DNA of 64,000 bases from Malacoraja senta (taxonomy: Eukaryota), in contig CM075985.1 in NCBI GenBank assembly GCA_038087875.1, forward strand, positions 14,570,001 through 14,634,000, given 5' to 3'. The position numbers and the translations under genes were made by a program. Each line of letters starts with the position of its first letter. The first letter of the stretch is position 1. Below, in pieces: positions 62,701 to 64,000 of the stretch. The notes below the pieces were generated by a model that was not told the origin of the DNA, ran no database searches, and saw only the letters and a list, made by a program, of their open reading frames with translations.

Positions 62701-63563
62701 TGTTCACAAGAACACTAAAGATTGTAAATAGATTTCTGTGCGTCACTGAAACCTAATTAGGTGCTGACATCTAACACCTCAAAGTTAAATATTAGTTCAT
62801 GACAGTTTAAAAAAAATACAATTCTAGCCTTTATTTAAATACTCAGTAATAGCTTTGGAGCCGCTTTGGAAATAAAAGCCAGTTGAATCAGTCTTAAGAG
62901 TCAGATTAAACAAGAACATTCAGGAAACACCCATTAGGTTGGGCCAAACTCCTTGTGTCACATCTGGGAAAGAGAAAAACAAAATTGTCTTAAATTGCAG
63001 AGAAGGAATGGATGGTTCATTAGCATATCTGTCAGGGTAAAGCTAGAGTGTGTTCAAATTGTGATCGAGTCCCACTTTGTTCTGGTCTTCCCAGTATTTT
63101 CTGTTGGAGTTTGATTTCCAGTATCTTCATTTAAAAAAATTTTATAACGCATGGCAGACCCATTTCTGGAATATAATTCTAATTAGTAACTCTGATAACT
63201 TCTATTTTGTAATGCACTACTGCAATAGTAATTAACTTTGTAATGCTTCGTTTCAATATAGAAACATTGTCATATAGCACCAAACCACAGCGAACATGTG
63301 TGTATCAATCCGTATTGAGCAATTTGCCTAACAACTACCCAATTTTGTTCCTAAATTAGGAAGCTGAAGAGGAGGAGACACACTTATTGCCCGGTGGAGT
63401 ATATACAGCAGCTGAGCCAAGGCCAAATGCATATATCCCGGATTGCGAGTCTGGATTACCTATTCCACGTCCTTATGGGAAAATGGTTCCTTTTAAACCC
63501 AGTGAACCTAGCGCACATATGCGACATTATAGAAAACCAGTTACTAAACCAATTGAAATATAA
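35687..63563 (+). CDS. CCDC146: Coiled-coil domain-containing protein 146, 3' portion (8 coding exons; 5' exons not found in window)
   Basis: 8 exons splice in frame (1428 nt). Motifs [49 protein letters not shown] and C-terminal RPNAYIP...PYG...PFKPSEP...MRHYRKP..KPIEI match CCDC146 as recalled. Confidence 0.96.
37939..38103 (+). CDS. CCDC146: CCDC146 exon ([23 protein letters not shown]...LVKD)
   Basis: ttgtag/gtacat boundaries, 165 nt, phase 2-2. Confidence 0.93.
39235..40189 (-). mobile_element. CR1-type LINE 3' fragment (young)
   Basis: [11 protein letters not shown] to [14 protein letters not shown], plus tail repeats. Confidence 0.93.
40190..40240 (+). repeat. 17-bp perfect tandem repeat x3 (AAATGTGTACCCTCACT)
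   Basis: Read directly; abuts the 5' truncation point of a CR1 copy. Confidence 0.95.
41420..41644 (+). CDS. CCDC146: CCDC146 exon ([19 protein letters not shown]...[14 protein letters not shown])
   Basis: ctacag/gtaatt boundaries, 225 nt, phase 2-2. Confidence 0.93.
43577..43805 (+). CDS. CCDC146: CCDC146 exon ([21 protein letters not shown]...LAILQRE)
   Basis: ttacag/gtaaga boundaries, 229 nt, phase 2-0. Confidence 0.95.
43830..44705 (-). mobile_element. L2-clade-like LINE 3' fragment
   Basis: ORF 44176..44598 [35 protein letters not shown]; TGACAAT...AATAAA tail. Confidence 0.8.
45619..45751 (+). pseudogene. Duplicated 3' part of CCDC146 exon 41420-41644 (copy 1)
   Basis: Matches 41510-41644 with a 2-nt deletion (ATATGAGTC to ATATGTC); donor AG|GTAATT retained. 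Confidence 0.92.
46799..46931 (+). pseudogene. Duplicated 3' part of CCDC146 exon 41420-41644 (copy 2)
   Basis: Same as copy 1, offset by 1180 bp. Confidence 0.92.
49880..50945 (+). mobile_element. CR1-type LINE RT fragment
   Basis: [31 protein letters not shown] motifs, with stops. Confidence 0.93.
51196..51324 (+). CDS. CCDC146: CCDC146 exon ([43 protein letters not shown])
   Basis: ctgcag/gtaaag boundaries, 129 nt, phase 0-0. Confidence 0.92.
54635..55247 (+). mobile_element. CR1-type LINE 3' fragment
   Basis: Same family as 25905-26612, with 3' UTR and tail. Confidence 0.92.
55960..56830 (-). mobile_element. Degraded L2-clade-like LINE RT fragment
   Basis: [38 protein letters not shown]. 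Confidence 0.75.
59902..60039 (+). CDS. CCDC146: CCDC146 exon ([22 protein letters not shown]...DTLALAKK)
   Basis: ccatag/gtaaaa boundaries, 138 nt, phase 0-0. Confidence 0.95.
60545..61060 (-). mobile_element. GC-rich non-coding interspersed element with (CAATA)n-type tail
   Basis: CpG-rich island; CTGTGATGGAAGGC motif resembles CTGTGAGGGAAGGC at 9961 and 32405. Confidence 0.55.
62417..62665 (+). CDS. CCDC146: CCDC146 exon ([24 protein letters not shown]...KMKYK)
   Basis: ctgcag/gtatga boundaries, 249 nt, phase 0-0. Confidence 0.95.
63360..63563 (+). CDS. CCDC146: CCDC146 last coding exon ([27 protein letters not shown]...KPIEI*)
   Basis: aattag acceptor, TAA stop at 63561-63563. Confidence 0.96.
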   Translation, partial: EAEEEETHLLPGGVYTAAEPRPNAYIPDCESGLPIPRPYGKMVPFKPSEPSAHMRHYRKPVTKPIEI

Positions 63564-63765
63564 TGTTAAGTGTACCAAAAGCCATATTCATGCATTTTAA
63601 CAGTAACAAAGTCTACCACAAGCCAGCACATTAGTGCTCATTAAGCATTTATGTTTTGAAAGGATTTAGATAAATAACTCCAAATGCTTTTTAGGTTAAC
63701 ATGTCTAAATGAGTGATTAAAGTTTTAGCAGACTGAAATCAGTTTAAGATATTTTAATATTCATT

Positions 63766-63935
63766 AATAAATACAAAACTGAAAGTGTTGCAATTGCACA
63801 AGATGCCAACAGACAAAAAACACATTATTGTGCCAACATGTATATCATCGCTGTGGTATCTTGTATAAGTACTGTGCAATGTGTTGAAGAACTACTAATG
63901 AACAGAATGTGCATCTCATTTCCGTGCTAAATAAA
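63766..63935 (+). terminator. Candidate CCDC146 polyadenylation signals (AATAAA at 63766-63771 and 63930-63935)
   Basis: Hexamers 200-370 nt past the stop; the second is followed by a T-rich tract. Confidence 0.5.
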
Positions 63936-64000
63936 CAATTACATTCTTGACAATTTGCTATTTTAGGGAGTTTATTTTTAAATCAAATTAGCATATTTTC

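Noticed and set aside
1-64000. CRISPR arrays, operons or other prokaryotic systems; nested FGL2
   Set aside because: The sequence is intron-rich vertebrate DNA with no repeat-spacer array, and I saw no fibrinogen-domain exons.

Overview
Vertebrate genomic DNA, most likely a cartilaginous fish (skate/ray-type repeats; inference), with no prokaryotic features. A 200-N scaffold gap (32956-33155) splits the window. Left of the gap are the last 19 coding exons of GSAP on the minus strand (about 570 codons; continuous frame across all junctions, one GC-AG intron, stop at 2282-2284). Right of the gap are the last 8 coding exons of CCDC146 on the plus strand (476 codons including the stop at 63561-63563). 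These genes normally lie tail-to-tail, but here two 5'-truncated halves point away from each other across the gap. This suggests a contig swap, a false or true duplication, or interleaved genes. The introns hold CR1 and L2 LINE fragments, V-SINEs, a near full-length IR/DR Tc1 transposon, a Gypsy pol plus 3' LTR, and many Penelope-like elements. The most notable structures are (i) short palindromic, TSD-flanked Penelope-derived elements with minimal hammerhead-ribozyme cores in both polarities, and (ii) a 1.18-kb tandem array that copies half of a CCDC146 exon into a later intron and may form poison exons. Gene identities rest on manual translation compared with the human proteins as I recall them; no database search was run.
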